The translations under genes and the position numbers were made by a program. This document shows, in pieces, positions 17,205 to 27,683 of a stretch of 64,000 nt of DNA; position 1 is the stretch's first letter; each line of letters opens with the position of its first letter. This stretch comes from Shigella phage ESh25, in the sequence record ON528735. One strand, 5' to 3'. The notes beneath the pieces are model-generated. The model did no database searches, was not told where the DNA came from, and saw only the letters and a program-made list of their open reading frames with translations.

Positions 17205-19901
17205 TCAGCCAAACAGGAAGTCTAACGAAGCCTTTTCCTCATAGTCCATACCTGCCGATTCACACATACCCGCAAGCGGTTTAACAAACGATTTTTGGAA
17301 CAAAGTTGAGTAGTCAATCCAAGACAGTACGTCAGAACGAATTTCTTTTGGAAGTTCTGTACCCGACGGCCAAGCAATGCATTTGTCACCAAATGGATTT
17401 CCCTCACGTAATGGAAGAACCATTACCTTATTTCCATCCAAAATTGGAGCTACACCTAAACCGTTAACAGCTCGACGATAAGTTAGCACACCGCGAATAT
17501 GAAACGGACATTTAAATCCTGGCCAACCTTTATCATCATATTTCGCTATATCGTTCGCAGTTTTTACTTCAGCAATAACTTTATAGTCAAGTTGACGATA
17601 TTCTTTCTCGAAGTTCTTGTAATATTCTTGGACAGACTCTTCACCTTCCTGAAGAATACGACGAATACTTTCTTCGAGAGCTTCTTGTACTGCTTTTGGT
17701 GTTGAACTCTGCTGAGTTTCCATACCCATGATTTTTAGATGTGGTTCAGCAAATCGCTTATCTTCCATATCATAAACGTTCAGAGCATAACGCTTTTTCG
17801 CTTTCCAAAATCCACCAACGCCCTTTGAACCAAGCGGAGGGCAAGAAATAGCTTCACGGTCCATATGCATCAGATGCTCGCGGTTATTCATATAATCACA
17901 TAACTCACGATATGCAACATCAATCATAGGTTCCATCTTTTTCTTACCGAACTGATTCATGAATTCAACTAAATCGTTCTGCTCTTTGAATCGGTCAAGA
18001 CCAACTTTTTTAATAACTTTATCTACACAAACATATACCGAATCAGTATCACCTGCTGCGATGAAATCTTCATCATTAGTTCCGCATACTTTATTCAGAT
18101 ATTCATTAATTTTACGAGCAATCCACTGAATACCGACTTGACCAAAAATTGTGATAGCAGTAGCATTTCGCAAATCATAGTAACGGAAATGAATGTTACC
18201 AAGAGCACCATAAAGACTATTAATAAGAATTTTACGGTTCAGCTGATTTGTGTTAGCAAGTGTAGCTGCTTTTTCACATTCTTCAATCAAACTATTGAGA
18301 ACAGATTCAGTATAATTCGATAGTTCATTTAAGAAATCATCACTGAACTTAACATATCGTTCAACTTCAGGTTTAGTTGAACAAGACCCTGCGCCTTTCA
18401 TAATAATCTTTTTAATAGCTTCGGCATTCATTTCTTCAGCGAACATTTTCTTTTTCCAATCTTTACGCTGGAAAAATACTTTAGCGATTTCCTTTGGAAT
18501 GATACCTTCTTGATGCTTATCATACATCCATCCATTCGGAGAACAAGAATATTCATCACTCGGTTTAGGAGCTGTTCCTGCGATATATTCATGAATTGGA
18601 TGAACTTTAAATTGTCCACGAATAGTCTCAGGACTAATGTTAACCTGACGAATAATGCTCGGATACAGAGACGTCAAGTCAAAACTCATAATGTATCGAC
18701 GAGCAATTGGTTTAGGTTCAAACACAAATGCACCCGGAAAACTTTGTTTAACGTGCGAACCTTGTTGAGGAATAACCTTGTGTTCACCTTTCAATGAGTT
18801 AAAAATAATAGCATCCCAGGTTTTAATAGGACTCATTACACCAGAAAAAGGCATTTTAGCGTAATAAGACATACTTAAAACTAGATCGATAAACCCGCGA
18901 ATTTTATCAATTGCTTGAACTGATTCTACGTCAATGATGTTATAACTAATGTATCGTTGATGATTAGTCTCACGAAGTTTATTAATAGGACCATCATACG
19001 GTAATTTACCTTTTTTGGTTTCATGCTGAGCAACTGATTCCAAAGAGAATGACGGCAAATTAGTAAATGCGAATTTCTTATACAAATCTAAATAATCAAG
19101 AATAGATACGCCATCAATAGAATAAATTTCTTTGCTACCGTACATATTTTGGATAAGTTTAGATTTTACTCGACCGATTGGAGAGAAGCGTTTCATACTA
19201 CGTTCACCGAGAACCATTTTAACGCGATTCATGATATACGGAACGTCAAATCCCTCAATATTCCAACCAGTAAAAATAGCAGGTCGTTTCTGTTCCCAGA
19301 GATTGATATATTCCATGAGCATATCACGCTCATTATCGAATGGCATATAAATTACTCGGTCAAGAATTTCTTGAGGAACTTCATCACCACCTTCACAGTC
19401 AAGCTTAGCAGCTAACTTTGCATCCCATTTTGATACTGAACCATACATTGAATTCAAAAGGTCGAAAACATAAAAACGATCATCAATTGAATCGTAATGA
19501 GTGATAGCATCAATTTCATATTCAGCTTTCATTGGGTCAGGAAATTTATCACCAGTAACCTCAATGTCACAGTTAGCTACACGAACAAATTTTCGGTCAT
19601 AAACAATTTCTGAACCATATGTATCACTGATATAAGCGAGTTTAAAATCGTTCATACCGAGGGCTTCGAGACCGATGTCTTCCATTCGCTTCATCCAATC
19701 TCGTGCATCTTTCATTGATGGAAATTTTTGAGGAGCGCAGTTTTTACCGTAAATGTCTTTGTATTTTGATTCTTCCTTACAATGTCTAAACATAGTCGGA
19801 AGATATTCTACTTCGCGAGTACGTTCCTTTCCATTTTCGTCAATATAACGTTCAACAATATTATTTCCGACTGTTTCGATAGAGATATAAAATTCTTTCA
19901 T
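17205..19901 (-). CDS. 43: DNA polymerase (gp43, family B)
   Basis: 898 aa; exonuclease and polymerase motifs (DTDS); T4 synteny. Confidence 0.97.
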   Translation of the reverse strand: MKEFYISIETVGNNIVERYIDENGKERTREVEYLPTMFRHCKEESKYKDIYGKNCAPQKFPSMKDARDWMKRMEDIGLEALGMNDFKLAYISDTYGSEIVYDRKFVRVANCDIEVTGDKFPDPMKAEYEIDAITHYDSIDDRFYVFDLLNSMYGSVSKWDAKLAAKLDCEGGDEVPQEILDRVIYMPFDNERDMLMEYINLWEQKRPAIFTGWNIEGFDVPYIMNRVKMVLGERSMKRFSPIGRVKSKLIQNMYGSKEIYSIDGVSILDYLDLYKKFAFTNLPSFSLESVAQHETKKGKLPYDGPINKLRETNHQRYISYNIIDVESVQAIDKIRGFIDLVLSMSYYAKMPFSGVMSPIKTWDAIIFNSLKGEHKVIPQQGSHVKQSFPGAFVFEPKPIARRYIMSFDLTSLYPSIIRQVNISPETIRGQFKVHPIHEYIAGTAPKPSDEYSCSPNGWMYDKHQEGIIPKEIAKVFFQRKDWKKKMFAEEMNAEAIKKIIMKGAGSCSTKPEVERYVKFSDDFLNELSNYTESVLNSLIEECEKAATLANTNQLNRKILINSLYGALGNIHFRYYDLRNATAITIFGQVGIQWIARKINEYLNKVCGTNDEDFIAAGDTDSVYVCVDKVIKKVGLDRFKEQNDLVEFMNQFGKKKMEPMIDVAYRELCDYMNNREHLMHMDREAISCPPLGSKGVGGFWKAKKRYALNVYDMEDKRFAEPHLKIMGMETQQSSTPKAVQEALEESIRRILQEGEESVQEYYKNFEKEYRQLDYKVIAEVKTANDIAKYDDKGWPGFKCPFHIRGVLTYRRAVNGLGVAPILDGNKVMVLPLREGNPFGDKCIAWPSGTELPKEIRSDVLSWIDYSTLFQKSFVKPLAGMCESAGMDYEEKASLDFLFG

Positions 19902-19940
19902 AGATATTCCTTAGTTTATAGCCCGAGTTATTAGGCTCTT
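19902..19940 (-). promoter_or_regulatory. gene 43 translational operator hairpin
   Basis: RNA GAGCC-UAAUAACUC-GGGCU immediately 5' of SD and ATG; matches the classic gp43 autoregulatory operator. Confidence 0.7.
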
Positions 19941-19960
19941 GATATATTATACTCCAAATA

Positions 19961-19976
19961 AGGGGCCGAAGCCCCT
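19961..19976 (-). terminator. intrinsic terminator hairpin (UUCG loop)
   Basis: aggggccgaagcccct. Confidence 0.5.
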
Positions 19977-19979
19977 TGC

Positions 19980-20243
19980 TTAAATTAGTACTATTTGCCG
20001 GGTGAAAATTGTCAATCCATCTGCATTAATTGACTTAACGACTGCAGTAAAATGTTTTTGTTCTGGGTGAACTAGTTTTTGAAATTCTACTTGAAATTTT
20101 AGTTGGAGGTTTTCTGGTAAATCAAAAAGTGTTTCTGTCGCAGAAAGATTATATTTTTCTTTAAGAGACGCCATGTATTCTTGCGGAGTTATAGCAGTCA
20201 TATTAATTACCAATCGTATATTTAGGAACGAGTTTCCATTCAT
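19980..20243 (-). CDS. hypothetical protein between regA and 43
   Basis: 87 aa track ORF; alternative ATG at ~20201 overlapping regA stop gives 73 aa. Confidence 0.35.
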   Translation of the reverse strand: MNGNSFLNIRLVINMTAITPQEYMASLKEKYNLSATETLFDLPENLQLKFQVEFQKLVHPEQKHFTAVVKSINADGLTIFTRQIVLI

Positions 20244-20571
20244 GTTTTTGTTTAAAAGAAATAACTCGGAAGTTATTAGTTAAATCTTTCATAAAAGTTC
20301 TTTGTCCAGGAACGATTTCAATCAGTCCCCAATCTTCTAACAGCCATGCAATCGAATCACGACGAACTTCATCTTCTTCTGTCATTTCAACTTGACGGCC
20401 ATCCATACGAAGCATTTCTTTAAAATGAACGATATAGTATAGTCCTTTTTTCTGAAGAATATGACAGGACTGATACAGAACTTTATCTTTATTATTAGCA
20501 ATTCCCATACGAGTCAAAGTTTCTTTTACTTTCAGAAAATCTTCAGGTTTTTTAAGAGTAATTTCAATCAT
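20203..20571 (-). CDS. regA: translational repressor RegA
   Basis: 122 aa; T4 synteny after gene 62. Confidence 0.85.
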   Translation of the reverse strand: MIEITLKKPEDFLKVKETLTRMGIANNKDKVLYQSCHILQKKGLYYIVHFKEMLRMDGRQVEMTEEDEVRRDSIAWLLEDWGLIEIVPGQRTFMKDLTNNFRVISFKQKHEWKLVPKYTIGN

Positions 20572-20572
20572 T

Positions 20573-21136
20573 TTACCATTCCAATGCTAGTTTTTTGAGT
20601 TGTTTCTGTTCTTTTACGTTCTTAGTCACTTCTTTCAAAAAATCATCCGTGACTAATCCTTTAAGTTCTTTTAATACTAAAGGTAGTTTTCCATTTTTAG
20701 TAAGAATTGATTTATAGTTAATTGCATCATTTGTATTAACTTGATAACGCTTAGCAAGTAACTTAATAATCAATACTTCGGTAGAATCTTCTACCAGTTT
20801 TGCCCATTTACCATATCTTTTACCACGAGGAACTGCAGCCATTAGATAATTAAAATGAGCTTCATCACTTAAACCTGATCCAATTAAATTCATAGCATAT
20901 ACAGCTGGCATGCATTCAGGAAATTGTGATAATGCATTCTCAACCATGTATTTTGAATAATCTTTTTGAGCAATAGAGCATTTAGTTTTATTATTAATAG
21001 CTCCAATTATTTCAAAAAACTCATTTTCAGCTTTTTCTTTAAAAGAATCAGCAGCAGATTGGACAGCTGTCCAATCTTTTGAATACCAAGCAACTTGATG
21101 CTCGTTTAATTGAATATCATCTTCAAATAAGCTCAT
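20573..21136 (-). CDS. 62: clamp loader small subunit (gp62)
   Basis: 187 aa; T4 synteny. Confidence 0.9.
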   Translation of the reverse strand: MSLFEDDIQLNEHQVAWYSKDWTAVQSAADSFKEKAENEFFEIIGAINNKTKCSIAQKDYSKYMVENALSQFPECMPAVYAMNLIGSGLSDEAHFNYLMAAVPRGKRYGKWAKLVEDSTEVLIIKLLAKRYQVNTNDAINYKSILTKNGKLPLVLKELKGLVTDDFLKEVTKNVKEQKQLKKLALEW

Positions 21137-21137
21137 A

Positions 21138-22097
21138 TCACTTCCACTGCATTTCGCATGCTAATTGAATGAAAAGATATGCTAAATGTAATTCCGTATT
21201 AGCCGCAATTCCATGATACTGGTTATTTTCACCAACAATTTCATACATACGAATAATACTTTGCGGAGTTACGCGTGTATAGATTTCTTCGGCAAGTTTA
21301 CCAACGAACCACGAATAATCAGCCGCATATTTTGGTGCTAAAGCTCTGAGTTGTTTAACATCTTTATTTTTGAGAGACTCAAGAACATCATCAATAGCAC
21401 CACGATCGTTAGTAACCAGTGATAAAATACCAGCATCCAAAACACCTTTAGACGAATAACTATCGAGCTCGCCAATAGTTTTACGAAAATCAGGAAAATT
21501 CTTTTTAACCAAAGCTGCTACAACTTTCATATCAGCTATAGCAATTCCTTCATGCTTACAGATTTCAGTCAATCGACGAATCATCTGCTTCATCATTTCA
21601 ATTTTATCTTCATCGGTCGGTTGACCGAACGTAATAACTCGGCAGCGTGACTGAAGTGGTTTAATAATACCATCAATATTATTAGCAGTAATAATAATAC
21701 TACAGTTTGAACTATAAGCTTCCATAAAGGAACGAAGATGTCGCTGAGACTCTGCTAATCCTGAGCGGTCAAATTCATCAATAACGATTACTTTTTGACG
21801 ACCATCAAATGAAGCGGCGCTGGCAAAATTAGTCAAAGGACCACGAACGAAATCAATTTTACAATCTGATCCATTCACAAACATCATATCAGCATTTACA
21901 TCATGACACAGTGCTTTTGCTACAGTTGTTTTACCTGTTCCTGGAGAAGGAGAATGAAGAATAATATGTGGAATCTTACCTTTACTTGTAATAGATTTAA
22001 AGGTTTCTTTATCAAAGGCGGGAAGAATACATTCATCGATAGTAGATGGACGATATTTCTGTTCAAGAATGTGTTCTTTTTCATTTACGGTAATCAT
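21138..22097 (-). CDS. 44: clamp loader ATPase (gp44)
   Basis: Track ORF trimmed to MITVNEKEH giving 319 aa; Walker A GTGKTT. Confidence 0.93.
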   Translation of the reverse strand: MITVNEKEHILEQKYRPSTIDECILPAFDKETFKSITSKGKIPHIILHSPSPGTGKTTVAKALCHDVNADMMFVNGSDCKIDFVRGPLTNFASAASFDGRQKVIVIDEFDRSGLAESQRHLRSFMEAYSSNCSIIITANNIDGIIKPLQSRCRVITFGQPTDEDKIEMMKQMIRRLTEICKHEGIAIADMKVVAALVKKNFPDFRKTIGELDSYSSKGVLDAGILSLVTNDRGAIDDVLESLKNKDVKQLRALAPKYAADYSWFVGKLAEEIYTRVTPQSIIRMYEIVGENNQYHGIAANTELHLAYLFIQLACEMQWK

Positions 22098-22131
22098 AAT
22101 TTCCTCATTCAAGTTTTAGTGTAAATTATAA

Positions 22132-22145
22132 AGGGCCGAAGCCCT
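22132..22145 (-). terminator. intrinsic terminator hairpin
   Basis: agggccgaagccct downstream of gene 45. Confidence 0.5.
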
Positions 22146-22148
22146 CTA

Positions 22149-22835
22149 TTAAAAATCGTGGGTAGAATCAGCTTCAAGAGCTACTACATAATTCGCATGT
22201 TCACCTTCAAATTTAGCAGCACCTTGTTTACCTTTTGCCCAGAGCAGAAGTTTATAATTTCCTGGTTGCATTTTCATATTTGCCATATTGATAATGAAAT
22301 TAAATGTATTTTCACCATCATAATCACCAAGAGTCAAAGAATATTTAACACGAGTCAAAGCAGAATCTTCTACTTTATTAAAACCGTTAATTATGATTTT
22401 ACCTTCTTTTACCGTGATAGCAATTGTATCAATTTGCAGACCACGAGATACACGCAGCAGTTGTTGAAGGTCTTCAGCTTTAATTTCAGTAACAACAGAT
22501 GCTACCGGAAATGGAATTGGTTTATTAGGAGCAACTACTGTACTCGGATCGGCTGCTGGCCAAAAAATTGTTGAGCGGGCATCAGCAATTTTAATATTTC
22601 CATCTTCTGACTGGGAAATTTCTGCATCATCATTAACTAAAGACAGAATACCGAGAAAACCGTTCAAATCGTAAATTGCTACATCAAAATCAATAACGTC
22701 AGAAATATTTGCTTCCGCATAAGTTGTACCATTAACTGCGCGAGTCATAATAAATTGACCTGATTTAAGCATAATGCCAGAGTTAATAGTAGCGAAATTT
22801 TTCAAAATATTCAGTGTGTCTTTAGATAATTTCAT
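22149..22835 (-). CDS. 45: sliding clamp (gp45)
   Basis: 228 aa; sequence recognised as T4 gp45. Confidence 0.95.
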   Translation of the reverse strand: MKLSKDTLNILKNFATINSGIMLKSGQFIMTRAVNGTTYAEANISDVIDFDVAIYDLNGFLGILSLVNDDAEISQSEDGNIKIADARSTIFWPAADPSTVVAPNKPIPFPVASVVTEIKAEDLQQLLRVSRGLQIDTIAITVKEGKIIINGFNKVEDSALTRVKYSLTLGDYDGENTFNFIINMANMKMQPGNYKLLLWAKGKQGAAKFEGEHANYVVALEADSTHDF

Positions 22836-23719
22836 TTCAATTTCCTATTTACATAATAGTTAGACCAGGACCGTACAGCACCCTGATAAGATTCGTCGTT
22901 AAACCCATTAGCTACTGCAATTTTACGAAATTTATTATAACTTGGTTTTCCGTAAGCATGCCATAAAGATTTTAATTCATCTTCATGTTCAATCCAAGTT
23001 CCTCTAGCTTTAGATTTTCTAAATTTTGATTTGAATTCCGGTAAATTATTTCTAACAGTTGCTTGAATTGAAGCTCTCTGTCTTCTTTCAGCATTATTCC
23101 ATAATTCTTTTTGAGATTTAGAAATTTTTGATCTTACACTTTCTGAATTCATTATATCACTAAACTTTTTAGCATAACTACAATCAAGATATTTCAATTT
23201 CATCTTATTTGAGAGTTTAAGCTTTTTCTCATCGGTCCAGTGATTCTTCATTGAATTAGATATTTTGTATTTTACTTCAGAACTATGTTTGTAACCTTTA
23301 CGAATACCGACATACTCAGGCGTAATTTCAGATTGCGAAAGCTTTACAATTTTTCCAGTTAAAACATTTTTATATGTTCCATATCCTTTAGCACCAATTA
23401 AAGTATTTTCATCTGCGTATGCTTTATTAAAATATTTTATATTACTTTTTGCTTTAACTTTTAATTGAAAAAATCTCTCCAATTTTCTTGGATCTAATAT
23501 AGTTTCAGCTAAAATTTTGACGGTATATTTAGTGGTTTTAATAAGTTCAAAATATTCATCGCTATAACTCGATGACACGCTTCCAGTATAAATCTTTCCA
23601 GCTGAATCAATTATATTTGTTCCATCGAAAATTGCGTTAATTTTTGAACCTATATAATAACACGGAAAAATATTTTTAGCTTCCCGCTCTGGAAAGCTAA
23701 TAAGATATACTAAATTCAT
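22832..23719 (-). CDS. GIY-YIG homing endonuclease (Seg-like)
   Basis: 295 aa; N-terminal VYLISFPE...CYYIGSK motif; C-terminal repeated basic Ser/Lys motifs (NUMOD-like); inserted between 45 and rpbA. Confidence 0.7.
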   Translation of the reverse strand: MNLVYLISFPEREAKNIFPCYYIGSKINAIFDGTNIIDSAGKIYTGSVSSSYSDEYFELIKTTKYTVKILAETILDPRKLERFFQLKVKAKSNIKYFNKAYADENTLIGAKGYGTYKNVLTGKIVKLSQSEITPEYVGIRKGYKHSSEVKYKISNSMKNHWTDEKKLKLSNKMKLKYLDCSYAKKFSDIMNSESVRSKISKSQKELWNNAERRQRASIQATVRNNLPEFKSKFRKSKARGTWIEHEDELKSLWHAYGKPSYNKFRKIAVANGFNDESYQGAVRSWSNYYVNRKLK

Positions 23720-24105
23720 TTATTAAACTCGGCCACAATTGTTTCCGCAACAATTTGAGCAGCAACAATTAGACGTTCATCTGCATTACCACAATAATCA
23801 TCTTCAAGGCGTTCACCACATGAAGTCATAATAAATTTAGCACCGGCGTTTAGGGATTCTGTAGTATGTTTGCGCATTAGTTCAATCCATTTATTACTTA
23901 CTTCACGATCGATAGCTTCATAATACGCATGACGAGCAGGTGCAGATTTAATTTTGTTCTGAATAACTTCCATTGCGTTATCAGAAAGAGACAAAACCCA
24001 TGCTCGACGAATTTTATTTTGGTTTTGTGGATTTGATTCAGAACGCACGTGTTTTGGCTGAATATCTTTTACATCAACAGTATAATTCACAGTAATTTTA
24101 GTCAT
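23716..24105 (-). CDS. rpbA: RNA polymerase binding protein RpbA (probable)
   Basis: 129 aa; T4 synteny and size. Confidence 0.65.
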   Translation of the reverse strand: MTKITVNYTVDVKDIQPKHVRSESNPQNQNKIRRAWVLSLSDNAMEVIQNKIKSAPARHAYYEAIDREVSNKWIELMRKHTTESLNAGAKFIMTSCGERLEDDYCGNADERLIVAAQIVAETIVAEFNK

Positions 24106-24114
24106 AATACACCT

Positions 24115-24303
24115 TTAGTCATAATAATCAGTAACAGTCCAAGCTTCATTTCTATTGGACATTATTTTTGTATATTCTGCTTTAAATGCATTCCTAAGCA
24201 TAGATTCAGTAACTATATGCTCTTCATTAGAAAAATTATTTCTCAGAATATATCGTTTTATTTCAGGAAAAGTTAATAGATGCTGTCCAGTTGAATATTC
24301 CAT
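24115..24303 (-). CDS. hypothetical protein (45.2 position)
   Basis: 62 aa ORF. Confidence 0.45.
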   Translation of the reverse strand: MEYSTGQHLLTFPEIKRYILRNNFSNEEHIVTESMLRNAFKAEYTKIMSNRNEAWTVTDYYD

Positions 24304-24358
24304 GTTTTTCCTCCATAGAGATTATACTCTAATAAATTAAAGCATAATCTCTTATAAA

Positions 24359-26041
24359 TTAAACCATTACAGTAAATCGACCAACTTTCTTCATTTGAAG
24401 ATGCTGACCATATTCTTGCGGGTCATGGTCTTTATGCGAAATTATAAAAACATTAGTGTTTTTCATTGAATTTATAATATTAGCTACACCTTTAATGCCT
24501 TCGGCGTCAAATGACCCATCAAACACTTCATCGAGTATTAATGTACTAATACTAACACCAGATACAATAGAAGCAATATCACGCCAAGTAAATAAAAGAG
24601 CAATATCAATTCTTGCCTTTTCACCTTCACTAAATGAAGCATAACTAAAATCTTCACGACCACGAGATTTAATTGTCTCATTAAATTCTTCATCTAATGT
24701 AAACACATAATCCGCTTCCATTATTTTAAGATAATGGTTAATCTGCTTATTAAATAATGGAATGTACTTTTTAATAATAGCACCTTTAATACCAGAATCT
24801 TTGAGCATATCAGTCAAAATTCCTCGGTGGTATTTTTCCATTACTAAATTAGTTTTTGTCTTAACAATTTTATCAAGTTCTTCTTGAAGCAGTGCTATTT
24901 CATCAGCATGGTCAATAAACTCAGAAGATGCTTTTTCTATAGCTGCTTTAACTTTTTTAGCTTTATCTACTGTCGTGATTAGAGATTGCTTTTTATTGCG
25001 AATATCATTTGCCAACGACTGCTGGGTTTTAATATTATCTCGGTATTCATCAACAAGAACTTTTAAATTATCACGATGTGTTGAAAGCTGTTCAAACGAA
25101 TGCGTACATTCAGAAACTTTATCTTTAATTTTAGAAACAACTTTATCACCTGAACTTAATTGTGACAAGCAGGTTGGACATAATCCACCTTCGTGATACA
25201 TATTAATGACTTTATTATACGAGTCAATTTTTGATTTAATTAAAACTGCTTCTTGACCGATTTTATTAAATGCATCAGTCGGGTCTTCATCTAAAACAAT
25301 ATTAACTAATCTTTCGTTAGCTTCTTCTATTTCCGATTTTAACGTTCTAGCTTCTTTTGCCAAATCATCATACATATTTTGCAGACGAGTAAGGTTGTCA
25401 CCCGTTAATTTTTTCTGGCGTTCAACGTTATCATTATATATTTTAATTTGTTGGATAATACTATCTTTTTTAACATCAAGCACTTGGTTCTGCGAATTTA
25501 ATTCACGTATTAGTGCTTTATTAAGCTTATCCATTTCAGCTAATGTTCCTACCTCAAGCAGGTCTTCCACAAGCTTTCTTCGCGCAGGGGTCGACAAACC
25601 CATGAAAGGGGTATACCCTGCTGTACCAAGGACAACAATCTGCTTGAAACTGGCATATGACATTCCGATAAGCTGTTCAAATTCTGCTTGGAAATCTTTA
25701 CTGCTGGCAGATTCATTAAGACGTGTACCGTTAACGGTGATTTCGAAAACGTTCGGTTTTTGTCCTCTTTTGATATAGTACTTTTTCTCATCATATTCCA
25801 TCCACAGTTCAACTAAAAGTTCTTTCTTATTTGTGCTGTTTATTAATTGACCTTTCTTTACATCACGAAATGGCTTACCAAAAAGCCCAAATGTGATGGC
25901 TTCTAACATAGTAGACTTACCACCGCCATTTCGTCCAGTAATAAGAGTTTTTTGAACCTTATCTAATTGAATGTCAATCCCATTTTGACCAACTGACATT
26001 ATATTTTTATATTTTACTCTATTAAGTTTAAAATTCTTCAC
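24359..26041 (-). CDS. 46: recombination nuclease subunit gp46 (Rad50/SbcC-like)
   Basis: 560 aa; Walker A GRNGGGKST, coiled coil, CxxC hook. Confidence 0.95.
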   Translation of the reverse strand: MKNFKLNRVKYKNIMSVGQNGIDIQLDKVQKTLITGRNGGGKSTMLEAITFGLFGKPFRDVKKGQLINSTNKKELLVELWMEYDEKKYYIKRGQKPNVFEITVNGTRLNESASSKDFQAEFEQLIGMSYASFKQIVVLGTAGYTPFMGLSTPARRKLVEDLLEVGTLAEMDKLNKALIRELNSQNQVLDVKKDSIIQQIKIYNDNVERQKKLTGDNLTRLQNMYDDLAKEARTLKSEIEEANERLVNIVLDEDPTDAFNKIGQEAVLIKSKIDSYNKVINMYHEGGLCPTCLSQLSSGDKVVSKIKDKVSECTHSFEQLSTHRDNLKVLVDEYRDNIKTQQSLANDIRNKKQSLITTVDKAKKVKAAIEKASSEFIDHADEIALLQEELDKIVKTKTNLVMEKYHRGILTDMLKDSGIKGAIIKKYIPLFNKQINHYLKIMEADYVFTLDEEFNETIKSRGREDFSYASFSEGEKARIDIALLFTWRDIASIVSGVSISTLILDEVFDGSFDAEGIKGVANIINSMKNTNVFIISHKDHDPQEYGQHLQMKKVGRFTVMV

Positions 26042-26301
26042 AAAAGATTCCTTTTAATGTATCTTTTAGACCATTCTATCATATCATCATAATCTAAAAA
26101 GTATTCATCAAATTCAGCCATGCAAACAACACCTTGTGCTGTTTTTGATGTAATATAAATTATTCCAACATATCTAGAATCTTCTTCGGTATAATCAATG
26201 TTTGCTATGAATTCATCATTAATGTCAAATGTCGAAAACTTCACAGTATGCATCCTTAATACAAGATACAGCCATATCTTGTAATGATTTAGGTGTGTCA
26301 T
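26038..26301 (-). CDS. hypothetical protein
   Basis: 87 aa ORF. Confidence 0.5.
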   Translation of the reverse strand: MTHLNHYKIWLYLVLRMHTVKFSTFDINDEFIANIDYTEEDSRYVGIIYITSKTAQGVVCMAEFDEYFLDYDDMIEWSKRYIKRNLL

Positions 26302-26488
26302 TATCTAAAATGTTGAAGTTAAAAGATACAGCCCAGTCAGTGCAGACCGTGACCTTTTTAATACAATTATCTTCAACTTCTAGTGGTTCAAACCAATATT
26401 CAATAATTTCTTTATGCCCAATATCATCTTTTACTTCGCATTCAAAATGCTGACTCATCATAACATTTTTAAATTCATCAAAAGTCAT
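26225..26488 (-). CDS. hypothetical protein
   Basis: 87 aa ORF. Confidence 0.5.
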   Translation of the reverse strand: MTFDEFKNVMMSQHFECEVKDDIGHKEIIEYWFEPLEVEDNCIKKVTVCTDWAVSFNFNILDNDTPKSLQDMAVSCIKDAYCEVFDI

Positions 26489-27504
26489 TGTGTTGCCTCT
26501 ACATATAGCTGATTTGCATATTGAATAAGTGCTTCACGGTCAGAATCAGTGATGTCTGGAATTGCATTAATGTATTCTTCCATCAATGTCTGAAGCGATT
26601 GAACTTCAACTTCTTCACTGTCATCTGACTCGACAGAGTTATCAATCTTTGACACAACTCGTAATGAATGCACAACTTTTTCTAGTTCAGATTCGAACTT
26701 CGTCAGATTTTTGTCTACTTCAGTTACTATAACACGTACTGATAGATTTGTAAAATCTTTATAGTCAATTTTTCCTTTAAATGGATAATGAATTCTACGA
26801 TGCCAGGTAGTATTGTTTGGAATAAATTCCATTCGTTCTGTTTCTGTATCAAACATCCAGAACCCACGAGGGTCATTCTCGTCACCTGCAGTTAGTGTCC
26901 ATGGTGTCCCAATATATCTGACGTTTGCAGCCTCAGAAATAGTATGGAAGTGACCAGACCACACTTCTTTATAAGTCTTAAGGAAATCAGGTTCAAGACC
27001 ATGAGATTTCATTCCTTTATAAAAATAAAATCCATTCAGTTCCCAGTGACCAACACAAAAAGAAGCAGATGAAGTTTTGATATGCTCAAGAATTTCACCA
27101 GTATTTTCTTCACACATCCAAGGAATTAAATCAATTAAACATCCGTCAAAATCTACTGTAGTAGGCTTATCATATACTTTAACATTAGGATATTTAGCCA
27201 AAAGCTCAGTAGAGGCATTTGGATGCATTACATTTTTATAGTGGAGATCGTGATTTCCTACAATAGTATGTAATGTGATTCCAGCACCATCAAGCATTTG
27301 AACTATTTCACGGGCAAACTCCATAGTTTTATGCGTGATTGCTTTTCGCACATCAAAAATATCACCATATTGAATCCATACAGTAATTCCATTTTTCTTA
27401 GAATATTCTATCGCTTGCTTAATTCCATCAATTTGAATACCGCGAATCCACTCATCATCAGCTTTAACGCCTAAATGCCAATCACCTAAATTTAAAATTT
27501 TCAT
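26485..27504 (-). CDS. 47: recombination nuclease subunit gp47 (Mre11/SbcD-like)
   Basis: 339 aa; phosphoesterase motifs (GDWH, GNHD, GHWE). Confidence 0.95.
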   Translation of the reverse strand: MKILNLGDWHLGVKADDEWIRGIQIDGIKQAIEYSKKNGITVWIQYGDIFDVRKAITHKTMEFAREIVQMLDGAGITLHTIVGNHDLHYKNVMHPNASTELLAKYPNVKVYDKPTTVDFDGCLIDLIPWMCEENTGEILEHIKTSSASFCVGHWELNGFYFYKGMKSHGLEPDFLKTYKEVWSGHFHTISEAANVRYIGTPWTLTAGDENDPRGFWMFDTETERMEFIPNNTTWHRRIHYPFKGKIDYKDFTNLSVRVIVTEVDKNLTKFESELEKVVHSLRVVSKIDNSVESDDSEEVEVQSLQTLMEEYINAIPDITDSDREALIQYANQLYVEATQ

Positions 27505-27641
27505 ATATCAAGAACCGTCATTGAAATGCAAAATAAAATTATTGAAATAAACCCATCTGGTGTGCTAAAGAACCCAATCCAACATGCTCTAGTGAATAGA
27601 TAAAATGCAAGAAAAAGTATCACATATCCAAGAAATATCAT
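27501..27641 (-). CDS. small hydrophobic protein (~46 aa)
   Basis: Manual translation MIFLGYVILFLAFYLF...; SD GGAG; its TGA overlaps the gene 47 ATG. Confidence 0.35.
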   Translation of the reverse strand: MIFLGYVILFLAFYLFTRACWIGFFSTPDGFISIILFCISMTVLDI

Positions 27642-27664
27642 TATATCAAACTCCGTATAAAGCT

Positions 27665-27683
27665 AAAGGGCCGAAGCCCTTTA
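27665..27683 (-). terminator. intrinsic terminator hairpin
   Basis: aaagggccgaagcccttt. Confidence 0.45.

Noticed and set aside
17222-17407. 61 aa minus-strand ORF inside the 3' end of gene 43 in another frame
   Set aside because: Nested in the polymerase gene; no independent signals.
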